Assembly (NCBI GenBank): GCA_024679065.1
Contig: JAGIQG010000004.1
Span: 91,264,001 to 91,328,000 of the forward strand
DNA length: 64,000 bases
Direction of reading: 5' to 3'
DNA from: Sphyrna mokarran
Lineage: Eukaryota
The first letter of the stretch is position 1; the number at the start of each line of letters is the position of its first letter. Shown one piece after another: positions 24,160 through 39,385 of the stretch. The position numbers and the translations under genes were made by a program. The notes under the pieces were generated by a model. The model saw only the letters and a program-made list of their open reading frames with translations, searched no databases and was not told the DNA's origin.

Positions 24160-25010
24160 AACTGGTTCTGAATAAATAATATTCGTTGAACCTTCTCGAG
24201 GAGAAAATAAAAGTAAAAGAAATACGTGTGACCAAAAAGCTTCGGGTGAGCTTCCCACTAGTGGGCAGCTGGCAGCCCGACACCATTGAAGTGAAAGGGG
24301 AGACTGCCAGGAGGTCAAGAGTAAGGGGAGGGTGCCTCCTGGGCATTGCCAGCTTGGCATTGCCATCCTAGCCCCCAGACTGCTCAAAGAGCAAAGTGGC
24401 AATGCTCTGGGAGCACCTTGGCACTGCCCATCAGGCACAGGGAGTGCCAAGGGGGCAGGACCAGAGGGGTGGTGCCGAGGGGGCGATCAGTGGGGTGCAA
24501 GGTTTCACTGCCATTCTGCTCTGGGATCAGTGACAAAGGGAGAGAGGCAAGCATTAGGCTGGCCAGTGGGATTGGGGGGTTGGTGGTTGTAGTGGTGGTT
24601 CCAGGACTGCAAGGTGGGCATCGGGGGAGAACAGGCAAATCGGGTACAGGGGGTGGAACAAAGGGAAGGCCAGCTATCGGGGGCTCTGGGGGGGGTCGGA
24701 GGGATAGCGATGCGGGGTTGCTGTGCTGGCCAGCATTCAGGAAACCGGCAGTGCAGGACTACTGTGTATTTGCCAATCTCCGCTATGACAGATTGGCGCA
24801 TGCGCAGTGGCCCGCTCAGCACTATGCTGCCAGCCTCTCCAAGTGGAATAAGCCCTACCCACTGAATTTTAGTGCGATTCACCTTAGGGCGCTCTCTGAT
24901 GCACAGAGTGTGGGAGATTCATTTTGAAATCCTGCTGAAAAAAACAGTGGGCATTACTCCTGTTTTCACACAAATTTTGGTACTTAGAAATTTTTGGGGA
25001 AAATCCCACC
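24160..25010 (-). mobile_element. GC-rich MITE-like element (opposite orientation to 11310-12231)
   Basis: Reverse-complement similarity to 11310-12231 (ttagaaatttttggggaaaat vs tctcccaaaaaaattctaa; gcgcatgcgcagtggcccgctcagcactatgctg). Confidence 0.7.
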
Positions 25011-25113
25011 ATACATCTTTCTTTTAAATAAAGGCAGCTATTTGTCTGTTAAGAGATACTTCTATTTTTGTGTTAGGTCTTGAATCCTATTCCTTGTCAG
25101 CCTTCCAAATTCC

Positions 25114-27280
25114 TTGGATATACACAAGCCTACAAGAGGAGAGGCTGTACTGGACCTGGTACTAGCTAATGAACCAGGACAGGTGATGGATCTCTCGGTA
25201 GGAGAGCATCTTGGGATTGGAGATCATAATTCTATCTCCTTCACCCTTGCATTGGAAAAGGATAGGATCAGGCAGGCTAGGAAGGTGTTTGTCTGGAACA
25301 AGAGAAAATATGAAGACATCAGGCAGATGTTGGGGCGAATAAACTGGAAGGAGGTGTTCTTGGGGAAAAGCACAGAAGGAAGGTGTCAGATGTTCAAGGA
25401 ATGCTTGTCTGGAGCTTTGCACAACAATGTTCCGGTGAGACAAGGAGGTTTTGGTAGGACGTGGGAACCGTGGTGCACGAAGGCTGTGGTGAACATAGTC
25501 AGGAAGAAAAGAAAGGTGTATAAAAGGTTCAAAGAGCTAGGAGATGTTGGGGAGCTAGAGAAGTATAAGGCTTATAGAAGAGAGCTTAAAAAGGAAATTA
25601 GGAGAGCCAGAAGGGGTCATGAGAAGGCCTTGGCTGGTAGGATTAAGGAGGATCCCAAGGCCTTCTACAAATATGTGAAAAGTAAAAGGATGAGAAGAGA
25701 AGGGATAGGACCTATAAAAAGTGAAGGGGGAAAAGTCTGTATGGAACCGGAAGAAATGGCAGAGTTGCTTAATGAGTACTTTGCCTCAGTATTCACGGTG
25801 TAAAGTGATCTGGGAGGATGCACTACAAGTTTGCGGCAGACTGAAAAGATTGAGTATGTAGATATTAAGGAAGCGGATGTGTTAGAACTTTTAAATGCAA
25901 TCAAGATAGACAAGTCTCCGGGACCAGATGGGATGTACCCAGGTTATTGTGGGAGGTGAGGGATGTCATTGCAGAGCCCCTGGCGATGATCTTTGAGTCG
26001 TCGATGGAGACGGGAGAGGTTCCAGAGGATTGGAGGATTGCGGATGTGGTCCCTATTTTCAAGAAAGGGAACAGGGATAGTCCTGGAAATTACCGACCGG
26101 TGAGTCTGACCTCAGTGGTTGGTAAGCTGATGGAGAGGCTTCTGAGGGACAAGATTTACGAGCATTTGGAGAAGTTTAGGTTGATTAGAAATAGTCAACA
26201 TGGTTTTGTAAAAGGCAGGTCGTGCATTACGAGCTTAATTGAGTTCTTCGAAAATGTGACTGAACACATTGACGAAGGAAGAGCAGTGGACGTGGTGTAC
26301 ATGGACTTCAGCAAGGCATTTGACAAGGTCCCACATGCAAGATTTCTTGAGAAGGTGAGAGGCCATGGGATCCAAGGGGCTTTGGCCTTGTGGATCCAGA
26401 ACTGGCTTGCCTGCAGAAGGCAGAGGGTGGTTGTGGATGGCTCTTTTTCTGCATGGAGGTCGGTCACCAGTGGAGTGCCCAGGGATCTGTTCTAGGACCC
26501 TTGCTGTTTGTCATTTTCATAAATGACCTGGATGAGGGAGTGGAGGGATGGGTGAGTAATTTCGCCGATGACACGAAGGTCGGTGGTGTTGTGGATGGTC
26601 TGGAGGGATGTCAGAAGTTGCAGCAGGACATCGACAGGATGCAAGACTGGGCGGAGAAGTGGCAGATGGACTTCAACGCGGATAAATGTGTTGTGGTCCA
26701 TTTTGGCAGATGCAACAGGATGAATGAGTACACTATCAAAGGTAGGAGTCTTAGCTGTGTGGAAGAGCAGAGGGATCTTGGGGTCCGGGTCCATAAGACT
26801 CTCAAATCGGCCTCCCAGGTGGAGGATGTGGTTAAGAAAGCTTACGGTGTACTGGCCTTCATTCATCGCGGGATTGAGTTCAGGAGTCAGGAGGTAATGC
26901 TGCAGCTTTATAGGACCCTTGTCAGACCACACTTGGAGTACAAGATGTTGAGAGGAATAGATAGTCTCTGAGAGTCCACCCTATTTCCCAGGGCTGAAAT
27001 GGTCATGACGAGAGGGCACAGATTTAAGGTGCAGGGAAGCAAGTACAGAGGGGATGCTAGGGGAAAGTTTTTCACTCAGAGGGTGGTGAGTGAATGGAAT
27101 CGGCTGCCGTCGGTGGTGGTCGAGGCGAACTCGCTGGGGTCTTTTAAAAGACTTCTGGATGAGTATATGGATCCAATGGGATTGGGGATTATAGATAGGT
27201 CTATGGCTGGGTAGGTTTTGATGTGTTCGGCACAACTTGTGGGCCGAAGGGCCTGTTTGTGCTGTAGTGTTCTATGTTCT
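25114..27280 (+). mobile_element. Young 5'-truncated CR1-like LINE (ORF2: endonuclease end plus RT), inactivated
   Basis: PTRGEAVLDLVL, GDHNSI, KSPGPDG, PIFKKG..PGNYRPVSLTS, QHGF, YMDFSKAFDKVPH, QGSVLGP, FADD. Stop at 25801, frameshifts near 25945 and 26480, internal deletion near 26941; tail tgttctatgttct. Confidence 0.95.
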
Positions 27281-27859
27281 ACACATAAGAACACAATGCA
27301 GTACAAAATGGAGCGATGTCTTAATAGTTGCAGATGGAAAGATATGTACTGAAATTATTTTCTTTGTCCTTTCTTTTATTGTATAAACATTGGTTACTCA
27401 GCAAATAAATATCTATTCTAAATATAATGGACAGTTAAGATTACTGTCTTGATCTCCACAGTTAATGACGTAATTGAAACAAATAAAGAATTCCAAATAA
27501 AATCTTGCTGAGGTGGGAATTGACATTTGGAGTGAGTCAAGGCACAATGGAGTTTGTAAAGATGAAGAAAGCAAACTGTGATTTAACAGGAAGGTTGTGA
27601 GATGATTGCTGATGAGTATTGCTGCTGTTTTACCTTTTCTCCAAAGTTAGGAAGTGAGCCTAAGTAGCTGGAAAATTAAAAATGTAACTGTTCTAAAGGA
27701 AAGGGGTGAGTACAGCATTCAGTTTTCCTATGTTCGAGTGTTGTTAATACAAAAGAAGGGAGTACTGGTGAATATTTCTCTTTTGAGTAGTAAAGTTTAT
27801 CAGTAGGTGCAACATTTATAATCTAATAAATGAGACAATTGGCAGGGCAGTTCCAGCCT

Positions 27860-28800
27860 CCTGCTTGCATTTACTGTGCTATGTGAGGACACTTCAGCAT
27901 CCATGATAAGCAGATATACAGGAAGTGTCAGTGGTTACAGCAGCTTGAGCTGGGTTTCAAAGCTTAAGCAGCAGTTGGCATCACTGCACAGAATTTGAGA
28001 CTTAAGAGCTTTGAGAATAATGACATAATTACCTCACAGCTTAAAACTATTCAGGGTGAATACATGGCCACCGGGCAGTCCAGAAGAAACAGATAGTGCA
28101 GAAGCCCTCTAAGTGCATCTAACTTTATAAGCAGTATTCAGTTCTGAATGCTAATGAAAGTGAAGATTCATTGGGGAATGCAGTCACAACTAGGTCCATG
28201 GCACAACATTGGCTCAGCTGTACAAGAGATAGAAAGACCAGAAGAACAATAGTGTTGGTTGGAGAAGAGACGGGTGTCTCTGCAGTTGCAGATACGAATC
28301 CAGAATGGTATGTTGCAATGTCAAAAATGCAGAATACCCTAAGAGAGAGGAGGGTGACCAGCCAGTAGTCGCAGTCCACATCAATACCAATGATATAGGT
28401 AGAAAGGTAGATGTGTTCCTACAATCAGAATTTATGGAATTAGGCAATAAATTAGCGAGCAGGACTTCAATCTATTCATTTCTGGATTACTCCCAGTACT
28501 ACGCACAAGTGAGTAGAGAAATCAATAAACCTTGGCTTCCTGGGACATTGGGACCAAGTCTAAACAAAACTAAAGCCAAAATGTCCTTGTGGGGAAATTT
28601 GCTAGTGCTAGGATTTAAACTACTTGTGAGAACCAAAAAGGTCTACATAACACTGGGAAAGACAGATGACACTCAAGTAGGAAATAATCAGTAAATTAGA
28701 TAGGTTCAGAGTAAGAAAGAAAGTAGTAAAATCTAAATTAGGGCTACTGTGCAAGTATGTGAATGTGAAGATTGATGAGAGAACCACACAGATGATGTGA
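27860..28800 (+). mobile_element. CR1-like LINE ORF1 remnant (SGNH/GDSL esterase-like)
   Basis: QPVVAVHINTNDIGRK resembles the VxHxGTND block of CR1 ORF1 esterases; heavily decayed. Confidence 0.65.
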
Positions 28801-29109
28801 CTATAACACAGATATGGATCAAAGAAGTACAGGATTGGTGGCACATTTTGGTGCATGGATGGCCATACTTGGGCTAAGAATTTTTCATTCATACTACAAT
28901 GAGCATCATCGCATGTGGAATAGGAAAATTTGGAGATCAGTCAAAGATCAACACTCCAAATATCCCTGGTCGACTCATGACAATACCTATTACTGGAACA
29001 GAAAGTCCAGGTTAGTCTTTTTTGGAAGAAATTTGTTGTTTTTCCCCATATTCCAACCCAGCACAATTTTCCTCTGGCATTTATGTGGATCAAGGGTGTG
29101 CAAAATTTG

Positions 29110-29323
29110 CCTTTACTGACATTAAGGGGCAATTTACCAAGGCCAATCCATCTTACCAGCACATCTTTGGACTTTGAGTGGAAACCAGAGAGCACCTGGA
29201 AGAAACACACACAGGCACAGGGAGAATGTGCAAACTGCACACAGAAGTGAACTAAGCTAGGAATCAAACATGGGTCCCTGGCACTGAGGCAGCAGTGTTA
29301 ACCACTGTGCCACCGTGCCACCC
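29110..29323 (-). mobile_element. HE1-like SINE
   Basis: aaggggcaattt...gagcacctggaagaaac...gcagcagtgttaaccactgtgccaccgtgcc. Confidence 0.88.
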
Positions 29324-31031
29324 ATCTTTTCTACTTTTTTTTGTATTCATTCATGGGACGTGGATATCATGGCCAAACCCACCCTTAATTGCACTTGAGA
29401 TGGTGGCTGTGAGCAGCCTTCTTGATCTGCTGCAATCCATGTAGTGCTATAGCACTATTAGCATTTATGATTTGTAGTTGACTGTGACTGTGATTGCTCT
29501 GGATGATTAAAAAAAAACTAATTTTCATACTTAAAATAAATCTAACTCTCTGTGCATCCATGTCAGTTCACAAGCACTCTGTTTGGAAATTTAAGTGAGC
29601 ACCTTCTGTCTTTTCCTTCCCAGAGAGTAGTTTATTATTTGGATAGCAGTGGCCAATATTAACACTTGGCTGAGTTTCAAGTGATAATAGGGTTCAGAGC
29701 AATATGTAATTCAACTGACATGTTTCAAGATGCTGTAATAACAGATTGTCTCTTTGATGTGATTTCTGCTTTACTGACAGAAACTCATTGGATCAATTAA
29801 CTTAAAAAAGACTCAATTCCTTAGCTTCTGAGATACAAAAGATTTTGAAATTGATCAGCAAACACATCAAGAATTGATTCTTCATGGATCCTGAATTGAA
29901 ACAAGTTTAAGCATCTTTTCTGAAGGCTCCCCAGGGATTGGGGGAAATCTGCTAGGATTTTCACCCAAATCCATGCTTCAGCCAGATGAGTTACAGATGT
30001 TGAATTAGGACAGGGATATCCTCAACTTTGATGGTTTATTTGGATAAATAGCAAAGTAATACTCACTGTTTACATGTGTACACTTGGAGCGGGTTGCCCA
30101 TGTCACTGTCCTCCAGCTATAGTCACCAAACTTAATAGCAGACATAGGAAAAGAGAAAAAGGAAAAGAGAAGACAAAAATAAGCAAAGGAAAAGAAAACT
30201 TAGTTTAAATGATGGTTCTTCAAAGATTGCAGTATTTCCCTACTTTTATAAAGGATCCACTTAAATTGGCTGAAGTACAGAATGGGGATACAACACAAAC
30301 TGTCATAATATAAAATGGCACGTCTAGTATGCCTTTTTTGCCATCACAGTTATTCATCTTTCAAAATGTCATAGCAAATTTGGGTAACATTTTTACAAAA
30401 TGAATATGAATGAAAGAATGTCAAAGTCAGAATATTCCAAGTCAGAGTTAACTTTACTGATTCCCTTTTAAAAAAATAAGTCAGGGATCTGATCTGCAGT
30501 AAGAATCCGAATTAAAATTAAAATTCACACAATCAGTATTCAACAATTCAACTCGATACCTTAGCAAGGACACAACTTCAATTAACTACAGAATAATTAA
30601 TTGTGCATTACACAGCATGACACTCCTGTCCTTTTATAAAATGACTTTTCACCAACTTCAGTAGTTCCAACTCATTAGGAGCAATGTAGCATGAAATGTG
30701 TTGCTCATTTAATAATCTAGGTCACAATATTCCAGTAGAAAGGTAGAAGTCAGAAGGATCAGCCACAGTGGTAATCAAAATTGGGGGAGGAACCAAGATC
30801 TGCCAAATTTTGGTTCTGTGCATTAAACAATACAACTTCTTGTTAAGAGGTGCAGATGAGTCTTCCATCATATCTCACCAAGGCCACTGAGTACAATTCC
30901 AAAAGTCTCTCTCATTCTATATATGACTGAATGTCTTCTTTGTCAGAGTCATAGTTTATAGATAATAGGTAAATTCAAACGCTATACTCTCCAATGGAGT
31001 TTTTTTGCTCAAAAACAACTTAAATGGTTGA

Positions 31032-31265
<234 letters not shown>

Positions 31266-31451
31266 TAGTTGTGTTGTTTACTCAAGACTGCTAATTAACT
31301 GTTAATTAACTAGAAACCACCAGTCTTATCCACTCCTTTGATAATTAACAAACTTCGGGACAGAATTATTTAGTTAACAAGTGAATAAATTTTATTTTGA
31401 CCTCACAGCTTCTTCCCTGCTGCCATCAGACTTTTGAATGGACTGACCTTG

Positions 31452-34400
31452 CATAAGAACATAAAAACATAAGAAATAGGAACAGGAGTAGGCTATCTAG
31501 TCTCTTGAGCCTGCTCCGCCATTCAATAAGGTCATGGCTGATCTGATAGTGGTTCAGTTCCACTTCCCACCTGCTCCCCATAACCTTCATTCCCTTATTG
31601 GTCAAAAATCTATCTATCTGTGACTTAAACAAGATAGCCTCTACTGCTTCAAGAGGCAGAGAATTCCAAAGATTCACTACCCTCTGGGAGAAGAAGTTCC
31701 TCCTCAACTCTGTTCGAAAATGACTCCCCCATATTTTGAGGCTGTTTCCATTCTAAGTGGAAATAACCTCGCTGCTTCTACTCTGTTTAGACCCTTCATT
31801 ATCTTACATGTCTCTAAAAGATCTCCCCTCAACTTCTAAACTCCAGTAAGTACAGGCCCAGTCTACTCCATCTCTCCTCATAAGCTAACTCCCTCGTCTC
31901 TGGAATCAACCTGGTGAACCTTCTCTGCACCTCCTCCAAAGCTAATATATCCTTTCTTAAATAAGGGGACCAAAATTGTACACAGTATTCTAGGTGCGGC
32001 CTCACCAGTATCTTGTACAATTGCAGCAAGACCTTCCTGTTTTTATAGTCCAACCCCCTCGCGATAAAGGCCAACATTCCATTTGCCTTTCTGATCACCT
32101 GCTGCACCTGCAAACTGAGTTTCTGTGATTCATGCACAAGGACCCCCAGGTCCCTCTGCACAGTGGCATGTTGTAATTTTTCACGGTTTAAATAATAGTC
32201 CCTTTTACTATTATTCCTTGCAAAGTGGATAACCTCACATTTACCAACGTTATACTCCATCTGCCAGATCCTTGCTCACTCAGCCTATCCAAATTTCTCT
32301 GCAGACTTTCTGTGTCCTCCACGCAATTTGCTTTCCAGTCATCTTTGTGTCATCTGCAAACTTTGTTACCCTACACTCAGTCCCCTCCTCCAAATTGTCT
32401 ACGTATATGGTAAACAGTTGAGGCCCTAGCACTGATCCCTGCGGCATGCCACTAGTCACGATTGCCAACTGGAAAAGCACCCATTTATTCCAGCTCTCTG
32501 CTTTCTGTTAGATAGCCAATCCTCAATCCACGCTAACACTTTACCCCCAATACCATGTATCTTTATCTTATGCAATAACGTTTTGTGAGACACCTTATCG
32601 AATGCCTGCTAGAAACCTAAATACATCACATCCACTGGCACTCGTTATATCTTCATAAATTTCCAGTAAGTTCATCAAACATAACTTTCCCTTCATGAAT
32701 CCATGTTGCATCTGCTTGATTGAACCATTCTTTTTCAGGTGTCTTGCTATTTCTTCCTTAATGATAGATTCCAGCATTTTCCCAACTACGGATGTTAAGC
32801 TAATTGGCCTTTTGTCTACCTCCTTTTTTAAACAGTGGCATTACATTAGCTATTTTCGATCAGCTGGCACCTCCCCAGAGTCCAGGGAATTTTGATAAAT
32901 TACAATTAATGCATCTGCTATTACTTCTGCTGTTTCTTTTAGTACCCTGGGATGTATTCCATCTGGACCAGGGGACTTGTCTACCTTTAGTCCCATTAGC
33001 CTATCCAGCACTACTTTTTTAGTAATAGTGATCGTTTTAAAGTCCTTACCCTCTCAGTCCCATGACTGTCAATTATTGGTATGCTATTTGTGTCCTCCAT
33101 TGTGAAGACCAACACAAAATACTTGTTTAAGTCCTCAGCCATTTCCTTGTTTCCCATTATTAAGTCCCCCTTCTCATCTTCTAAGGGACTAACATTTACT
33201 TTAGTCACTCTTTTCTGTTTTATATATTTGTAAAAATTTTTACTATGTTTTCATATTTTGCGCTAGTTTACTTTCATAATCTAACTTTCCTTTATTGCTT
33301 TCTTAGTAGTTCTTTGTTGTCTTTTAAAACTTTCCCAATCTTTTAGTCCCCCACTAATTTTGGTTACTCTGTATGCATTAGTTTTTAATTTGATACTCTC
33401 CTTTATTTCCTTAGTTATCCATGGCTGGTTATCCCTTTTCTTACATTCCTTCTTTTTCACTGGAATATATTTTTGCTGAGTACTGAGAAAAATCTGCTTA
33501 AAAATCCTCCAGTGTTCCTCAATTGTCCCACCAACTAATCTGTGTTCCCAGTCTACATTAGCCAACTCCATCCTCATCCTATCGCACGCCCCCTTGTTCA
33601 AGCAGAGGACTCTGGTTTAGGACCCCACTTTCTTGCCTCTATCTATGTTAGAAATTCAACCATATTGTGATCACCCATTCCAAGAGAATCTCTCACAAGA
33701 AGATCATTAATTTTACCTGTCTCATTACACAAGACTATATCCAAGATAGCTCACTCCCTCGTCGGGTTTGTAACATATTGTTCGAGGAAACTATCGCAAC
33801 AATATTCGAAGAACTCTACCTCAAGTTCACCGCATCCAACATGAGTTGTGGAGGTTAAAATCCCCATGATTATTGCTGTTCCATTTTTACATGCATCTGT
33901 AATTTGTTTGTTTATAGCCTGCTCCACCTCAGTTATTATTTGGAGGCCTACAAACTATGCCCACCAGTGATTTTTTTCCCTTTACTATTCCTTATCTCCA
34001 CCCACATTGATTCCACATTTTGCTCCTTACAGCCTATGTCATTTCTCACTACTGTCCTGATGTTATCCTTAATTAACAAAGCTACCCCACCTCCTTTTCC
34101 TTCCTATCTATCCTTCCGAATTGCCTGATACCCCTGGATATTTAGTTCCCAGTCCTGGTCATCCTGCAATCACGTTTCTGTAATGGCCACTAGATCATAC
34201 TCATTTGTACTGATTCGTGCCATCAACTCATTCACTTTGTTTCAAATGCTACATACATTCAGGTAAAATGTCTTTGTTAGTCTTTCTTACCTGGATCTGA
34301 TCTGTTAGTGTATTCCTTTGTTTGCATGCTCTGTCCCTTCCTGTCACAGACTGGTTATTCTTCCCCAAACCATCTCCCTGCAGTAGGTTGATCACCTCCC

Positions 34401-34745
34401 TTCTCATGCTTGTTGTCTTTATTACTCTGAGATTAGATTCCTGCCACCTTGTGTACTCTTTGTCCTATTATGTGATCTGGAAACTTTATTAATCTGTCCT
34501 GAGTCCTCGGCTCCTTTAACTAGTTGAAAGTCCTCATCATTAACTTGCACTCCTATCCTCTGCTTTACCTTTGATTTTGTAATTCTCCATACAACTGAAC
34601 CCCACCCCAGCCCCCGCCCCCGCCCACTATTTAGTTTAAAGCCCTATCTACAGCCCTCGTTGTATAACTCATCAGCACTCTGGTCCCAGCACAATTCAGA
34701 CAAAGACCACCCCATTGGAACAGGTCCCATCTTCCCCAAAAATTG
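31452..34745 (-). mobile_element. CR1-like LINE, about 3.3 kb (ORF1 3' end plus decayed ORF2)
   Basis: Minus-strand peptides MEYNVGKCEVIHF..., [16 protein letters not shown]...KFADD, QHGFMKGK, endonuclease-region peptides and an ORF1 WGRWDLF block; 3' tail cataagaacataaaaacataag. Confidence 0.93.
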
Positions 34746-34749
34746 CATT

Positions 34750-34900
34750 AAATCGATCTTTCTCTGCACTCTAGCTATGATTGTAACACTGTATTTTGTA
34801 CTCTCACCTTTCCTTCTCTGTGAATAGTATATTTTGTATGGCACACAAGAAATAACATTTTTCACTGTACATGTGACAGTAATAAATCAAATCAAATCAT
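34750..34900 (+). mobile_element. LINE 3' end with (TCAAA)n tail
   Basis: acatgtgacagtaataaatcaaatcaaatca; an inverted homolog lies at 48605-48900. Confidence 0.6.
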
Positions 34901-36267
34901 CTTACTTAGCAATGGGCCCTCCGCAGGTTGATATAATCCTTTTGGATAATGAAAGCAATAGTTTGGTTTTGTTAAAAACCTAAAGACAGTATGTAGCTGA
35001 AGCATTTAGACTTCCATTTCAGTTAGCTAATCTCAGCTAGGCGAGCAGGAACCATGTTAAAATGCCACCAAGAACCCCTTGGTTAAAGAGGCGGGGGGGG
35101 TGGGGGGGTGGGGAAGTAGCTTCTCCTCCTGTTGGCTATTCAGTGATTGCTGCTAGAAAATGCCTGTGTGAATGATAATTGAGCTAGGATTAGGCTTGGA
35201 ATCAGCCTCCAGAGCCTAGCAAAGTCACTTTGTAAGGTTTACTTGTTATCACTCTGTACCATGTGTATGCTGAATGGAATGCATAATGGTGTGTTGTGAC
35301 AATATAATAATAATAAAAGATTTAATTTCCTCTGGTGGTACACTGGTTACCATGTTTGAGTTATATTCCTTTGTGTGCTGTTTAAATGCAATTAACAGAT
35401 CTATTACATTACAATTGCACACATAGGGATTTTACATGAATACAATAACCACGTGCAATTAGGAGGAAATGAAAATTCTCACCAGGATCCTTTTGAAGAC
35501 TGTTCAAAAGGAATGTGAACTTTAGTGTTAATTTTTATGTCTATTTCTGTCAAACACACAGTAAATTTAATGAAGTAATCAAAGGCTTGATATTTTTATT
35601 CAAAAACTATTTTATCACTGTTTATATTTGGGATCAAATTTCAGAGCATGAAATCAGAGAATAAAATGCAGAAGACTATTCATAAGCAAAACAGAACAAA
35701 GAGATGGTTGCGTCCTGGCAGTGCAAGGGAGATAGATTTACGTGCTAAGTTGAAATAAGATATCGCAGAAACATTTCTGAACGAGGTCAACTGAAGTTGG
35801 TCATTGTTGAAAGCAAAAATATTCAAAAACAATAGAAATGTACTGAAAATTCTACTTAATTATCCCCTTCCTCCTTCTCTCAGTCAACTCTCACAATTTC
35901 ACAAGTTAGCAGTCCAATGGTAGCTCACACTATTCTCACTGTGGAAGTATCTAAGAGCTGTCAATTGTCAGGAGGTGACATAGTAAAGATCAATTTTGTA
36001 ATCGCCTAATGGTTATGTGTCCCATGTTCCAAAGAGAATCACTTGATAAATATCAGAAGCAGGTATCATGGCTAATTCTATTCCTCCTTAACCAGGACAA
36101 TGGTGGCTAATTCCTGCATCTCAATAATTATTACAAAAAAACTAAGTAGTATAAGTCAAAGTAAGGATCAAACCTTAGACTTTTTGATCTGTATAACTAA
36201 GTGTTATACTGAGACGTATGTTTAACTATTTGGCGGTCCAAGTTCAACAGCCTATTTAAACAGTAGA

Positions 36268-36370
36268 ACTGTACTCTCTCTCCACAGATGCTGTCAGACC
36301 TGCTGAGATTTTCCAGCATTTTTCTGTTTTTGTTTTAGATTCCAGCATCCACAGTATTTTGCGTTTATCT
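36268..36370 (+). mobile_element. 3' terminal fragment of a second retroelement family (possibly Penelope-like)
   Basis: tctctctccacagatgctgtcagacctgctgagattttccagcatttttctg...; a degenerate homolog lies near 12455-12560. Confidence 0.5.
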
Positions 36371-38613
36371 AAACATTTAGCAACTCCATTTAAAAAAAAA
36401 TAGTTCTTAGTCCAGGAAGGTGACAATTCAATTTGTCAGGACAGTATGGCCAGATGGTGTGTCCACTCAATTAGCGAGGGTAAAAATCAGACTCTAGTCC
36501 CGCTTCTAATGAATCTCCAATTTGTGAGCCTTCGAAAGAAAAGATTTGTATTTCTGTTGTGCTTTCATAGCCATTGAACATCCCAAAAGTGTTTCAGAGC
36601 CAATGAGGTCTCGCCATTGTAAAGGTTGAACTGTTTTTCAGCTTTGATGCTCTTTTTATTCAACTAACCTGATGATGCTCAGGAATAACAAATGAAGAAA
36701 GATTGCTTGCACTAGACAGCACTAAGCCAAGTTGGGTACTCACAATTGCTCACTGTTATGTGGAGGAAGTGCTATATTGTCAGAGGTGCCCTTTTACAGA
36801 TAATTAAACAAATAGAGACTGTAACTTCTTTCCCAGATAGATGTGAAAGATCCATTGGCAATATTTGAAGAAAGGGATAAAGTGTGAGGGCATTTCGATG
36901 ATGTCCTAGACAAAAACTTATTATCCAATCACTAAAGTGATTATTTGGCCATATATTTCATTGCAATTATTTACACATTGCTGGGTCCAAGTTTGTTACT
37001 CTGCAAACCGACATGAATCCAATGATCACATTTCAAAGTCTGCTTTATTGCTTCTTTGGGAAGTTTTGTGAATGAGTATATTTATCTAAAAGAAACTGGA
37101 GTGTAAAATATTTTTATATAATGCAAGGAGTATAATTTATCTCTCAATGCTCCAGAATGGTATATGAGTTAGGAATTCATACAGTGAGAGTGAGTCAGGT
37201 AGACTTGGTCAATTAAAGTTGTGGGCAGAATTCTTATTGCCCAAAGGTGATGGGCTTTGACAGTGGGGTAAAGGCATCCAATCTAGGAAAGTAGTGGTGA
37301 GCTGAGTCAGGATAACTCCCAATAGATTTCTACCACCAGGAAAGTTTCCCAAAGATCGACCAGGGTGTGGATCAGCTGCTGGCACCACAGAGGTGGGCAA
37401 ACAGTTTAAATAATTAAATCCCTTTCAAGGGATGACTTAGAGAGTTGAATGTCATTTTGGCCGTGATTGAGCTGTCTGCTACCAAATGAGAAGGCTGATA
37501 CCTCTCTGTGACAGGCTGGCAACAAGAAGTCTGACAACACCAGGTTTGAATCCAGATATCTCCCAAACTGGGACTGCTGGCAACCATGGACCAAACATCA
37601 TAGTCAGAAGAATTCTTTCCACCCCAAACCACCACCCCCCCCCACCATTCCAAAGGGCTTGCCTGATTGGCCCTTCTGAATTTGATTTTAAATTTATACT
37701 TCTGAGAGCACCTTAAGTTTGAGCCATCATGGTTTCCTAACAGTGTAAGCACAGCCCACCTCTCCTGATGTGGTTGTTGAGGCTCTGGAGCTAGCAGCAT
37801 CATTACGAGTATGCTAATCTTTATTGGATGGTGAGTTGGGCCTACACTGTGCAAGTGCAGCCCTGGCATTCCCATTTGATCCTGACATCAATGTCCTGAA
37901 CCCCATGGGAAAATCCTGCCCTGTGTACCTGAATCAGATATTGGTTTAAATCACAAGTACATCTATCAGGAAGCTGGCTTTGTATCAACAGGGCATAAAA
38001 TGATCAGGAATCTTGGCAGGTTAAGAACATCATTAATCTTAGTAGTTATGTCAGGAGCTTTGTTGTATAGCTAAGAAGATATCACAGGCTGAGGGATTCG
38101 AATCACTGAATCCCTTCCAATATAGTCATTCATGTTAAAGACTCTAACTTACACGTATATCAGAGACCTGTTGCTACAGTGGCTGCTTTCATTCTGCTTT
38201 ATTATCTCATGATGGATTGAATGCCACTGTTCTCAAAGGAGAGCGTCAAAATGAAACTGTTTAAAATTGCAATTGTAACTTGAGTTTGTTAGCTGCTGAT
38301 GTTTAGGCAGTAATATTTCTACCAGTAATATTTTATTTATCTTTTTATCCTTATATGGGCATCACTGAATAAAACAGCATTTATTGCCCATCTTTAGTTG
38401 CAAAGTGGCAGCCCATGCAGGAAGCACCTCTGATCTGAATACATCAGCTGCAACAATAATAAATACTGAGATACGAGCTTTTATTTTGAATACAGCATGA
38501 TGGAGAAGCATTGCCTGCTGAATTGTATCTCTGATCAACAGTATTATTGATGCAGTATTATATGATTTAATGCAAGCACTGGAGACAGGGGATTGGGGGT
38601 GGGGGAGAGGGAG

Positions 38614-39385
38614 GGGGGCAGCAATTCTCCCAAAAGTGCTGAATTGTTGGGAAAGTTGTCCTGTCAAGCCCACCCACCATCAGTAGTGGCAGTTCCCCCC
38701 ATTCCATCACCCCACCAGCTCTCCCTCCTCCTCCCAAGGTCAGGCCCATCCCCAGCTAGCAGCCCCCATTCCCGCCCTTCCCCGCAGACCATTACGCCTC
38801 CTGCCTACCCTGATCGCTGGCCTCCCTCCAGCCCAAATTTGGTTCCCATGCAGAGTGGCAGCAGGACACCCTCACCCCACCAATCATCTTAGGCCCCCAC
38901 CCATATTATGCCTCACCCCCTAGGCACTGCCCGATGCATAGTGGACAGTGCTAAGGCATGGGCACTTTGCCCTTGTGCAGTGCTTATGCCCAGGGGGCAC
39001 CACTCCATGCCACCCAACCCTCTGGCAGGCCCCGATTGCCCCTGCTTCATTCCATCAAGATCTTCCACTAGTTCCCCAAATGCAAGGAGCTATCCTAAAC
39101 TGTGCCAAAGTGAAATATCCCTGTTGGGGTGGGAGATGCTATGAGGCCTGAGAAATTCCATGCTGGGCCTGATAATCATGTGCAAGATATATTTGAAGTA
39201 CATTCAAAAAAGATACAAATAACTTATCCCTCTTCCTGCTAGTTTCCAGCATGATCTCAACAGCAACTGCCCTCTGGCTCTGGGAGACATGCATGCACGA
39301 ATCCCGCAAAATGTCTGACACATGATCTTCCAGACTGAACTTGCCAGAAAAGTTGAGGGTCACAATGGAAGAACTGGGTCCAGGG
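38614..39385. mobile_element. GC-rich MITE-like element
   Basis: Starts ggggcagcaattctcccaaaa; interior motifs shared with the 11310 and 52155 copies. Confidence 0.6.
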